Assembly: GCA_963735925.1 (NCBI GenBank)
Contig: CAVTMT010000009.1
Location: forward strand, 100,696-164,695
Length of the DNA: 64,000 nucleotides
DNA from: an uncultured bacterium
Lineage (GTDB): Bacteria; Verrucomicrobiota; Verrucomicrobiia; Limisphaerales; J093
Reading direction: 5' to 3'
The translations under genes and the position numbers were made by a program. The notes under the pieces were generated by a model. It did no database searches. It was not told the origin of the DNA and saw only the letters and a program-made list of their open reading frames with translations. Every line of letters begins with the position of its first letter. Positions within the stretch are counted from its first letter, which is position 1. Positions 62,855 to 64,000 of this stretch are shown here, one piece after another.

Positions 62855-64000
62855 TTATTGCGGTTCGGTGACCGTGCGGAAGAACTCGCCTTGAGCCGGG
62901 GGAGAATTCGTGCGTTGCAGCCAGAAATCGAGGTCCGGGTCTGCCAACGTGAACGAGCGGATCGATTGCCAGGATTCCAGGTCCGCCGAGGACTCGAGCC
63001 GGAACGACTGTTCCACCCAGCCCCGGAACGCAAACCGGTCCACGCTCAATGCGTCGCACCCGGCGTGGGCGAATTGGGTGATGGCGACCGGCGTGGCGGC
63101 GCCGAGCAACGCGCGCAAAACGACACCTTCCACGCCAACCGCGAGCACCTGGCCCGGCCGCGAGGCCAGCCCGTAGAGGGATTTGCCGGTGATCGTGCTC
63201 AGCGGCACCCAATCCACCGCGTTCGCGCTGCTGAGCAGCGTGCCTTGGGTGCCACACACAAAATAACGACCGTCCGCATAGGTGGTATCCGTCAGCCACG
63301 CGGCGGTGCCGCTGATGCGTTGGGACCAGACCGTGCCGTCCGGGCTGGTGAGGATCAGGCCGTTCTGGCCCACGGCCACGAGCACGCCGTTGAGCCGGCG
63401 CACCCGGTAAACCCAGCCGGTGGTGCCGGAATCGCGGGCGGACCAGTTCGCGGCGTCGGGGCTGGCGAAGATCGCGCCGGCGGCACCGGTCGCCACGAAG
63501 CCCGACTCGAGTGCGACGACGCAACTGAGGTTTGGCTGGCTGGCGATGCGGTGGGTGGTCCAGGTCGCACCGTTGGTGGTCGTCACAACGGTCCCGGCAT
63601 CGCCGACCACCACCACCAGGCCGTTCCGCTCGCAGACGCCCTGCAATGTGTTGGTCGTGGGTGACGGCACCACCGGCGTCCAAACCAGGCCCAGCAAATC
63701 CAGCGTGTTGGTCACCGCCACCCGGTTGGTCGTCCACGCGCAATCGGCGAAGGCCACGACGTCGTTGGTGGTCACCAGGTTGGTGAGCATTCGCTGGCTG
63801 AACATCAGGCTGCCCTCGCTGCCGGCGGCGACCACCAGGTTGGAGGAGCCGCCAATCCCGAGAAACACCGCGTTCGTGAGCGCGTCGGGGACGTACTCGC
63901 TGCGCCAATCGATCCCGTCCGGGCTGGTCAGCACGGTCGCACGATCCCCCACGGCAATCGATTGGTTGGGCAGGTTGCAGACTTCCCAAAGCCAGTCCCG
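62855..64000 (-). CDS. Beta-propeller repeat protein (BNR/Ycf48-like repeats), 5' end outside window
   Basis: It has repeated ..G..G.ILTSPDG..W.. modules (VLTSPDGIDW, VTTTNGATW, IFASPDAANW, ILTSPDGTVW, LLSSANAVDW). The frame stays open to nt 64000. Confidence 0.5.
   Translation of the reverse strand, partial: RDWLWEVCNLPNQSIAVGDRATVLTSPDGIDWRSEYVPDALTNAVFLGIGGSSNLVVAAGSEGSLMFSQRMLTNLVTTNDVVAFADCAWTTNRVAVTNTLDLLGLVWTPVVPSPTTNTLQGVCERNGLVVVVGDAGTVVTTTNGATWTTHRIASQPNLSCVVALESGFVATGAAGAIFASPDAANWSARDSGTTGWVYRVRRLNGVLVAVGQNGLILTSPDGTVWSQRISGTAAWLTDTTYADGRYFVCGTQGTLLSSANAVDWVPLSTITGKSLYGLASRPGQVLAVGVEGVVLRALLGAATPVAITQFAHAGCDALSVDRFAFRGWVEQSFRLESSADLESWQSIRSFTLADPDLDFWLQRTNSPPAQGEFFRTVTEPQ

Overview
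This is a 64-kb, high-GC chromosomal segment. Hand counts of sample lines give about 65% GC, with two islands near 50%. The gene content points to a PVC-group bacterium, most likely Verrucomicrobiota. That is an inference from a DUF1559/H-X9-DG prepilin-like protein, a PEP-CTERM protein, a CRTAC1-type FG-GAP/ASPIC protein, and several TAT-signal Gfo/Idh/MocA and TIM-barrel sugar enzymes.

I can support about 50 protein-coding genes:
- a 5'-truncated PA14/Ig-like surface protein, an SGNH-TPR protein and a 1256-aa FG-GAP protein
- an exopolysaccharide-type locus: a Wzy-like membrane protein, two GT4 glycosyltransferases and a CapK/PaaK-like adenylating enzyme
- DUF2249 and ilvB
- sugar isomerase and oxidoreductase genes
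- an ECF sigma plus VWA anti-sigma-like pair
- PmoA-like plus RND/MMPL genes
- a cluster of two tandem paralogs, an Ig-domain protein and a PEP-CTERM protein
- a complete 9-gene A/V-type ATPase operon headed by a cytidylate-kinase-like gene
- a tandem SGNH esterase, a GH95 fucosidase and a cupin
- a DUF455::ATP-grasp fusion
- hom-thrC, an M50 protease, endonuclease V, and a beta-propeller protein cut by the window end

I recognised no rRNA, tRNA or CRISPR.

Most interesting observations:
1. A candidate Leu/Val-rich leader peptide with terminator/antiterminator architecture lies directly upstream of ilvB.
2. A roughly 100-bp GC-rich double-hairpin unit is repeated about 4.2 times in tandem between two EPS genes. 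A diverged solo copy sits 25 kb away, next to a perfect 31-bp tandem duplication.
3. There are two low-GC islands. One carries an orphan AbrB-type antitoxin, an unannotated 54-codon ORF and a 301-aa unknown protein. The other carries small unknown genes plus IS and surface-protein debris.
4. Five genes are interrupted by six apparent single-base insertions, three of them in the V-ATPase operon. These are more likely assembly errors than decay.
5. A DUF455::ATP-grasp fusion gene is coupled to a cupin gene.

Many very long ORFs in the supplied track are antisense or high-GC artefacts and were not called.
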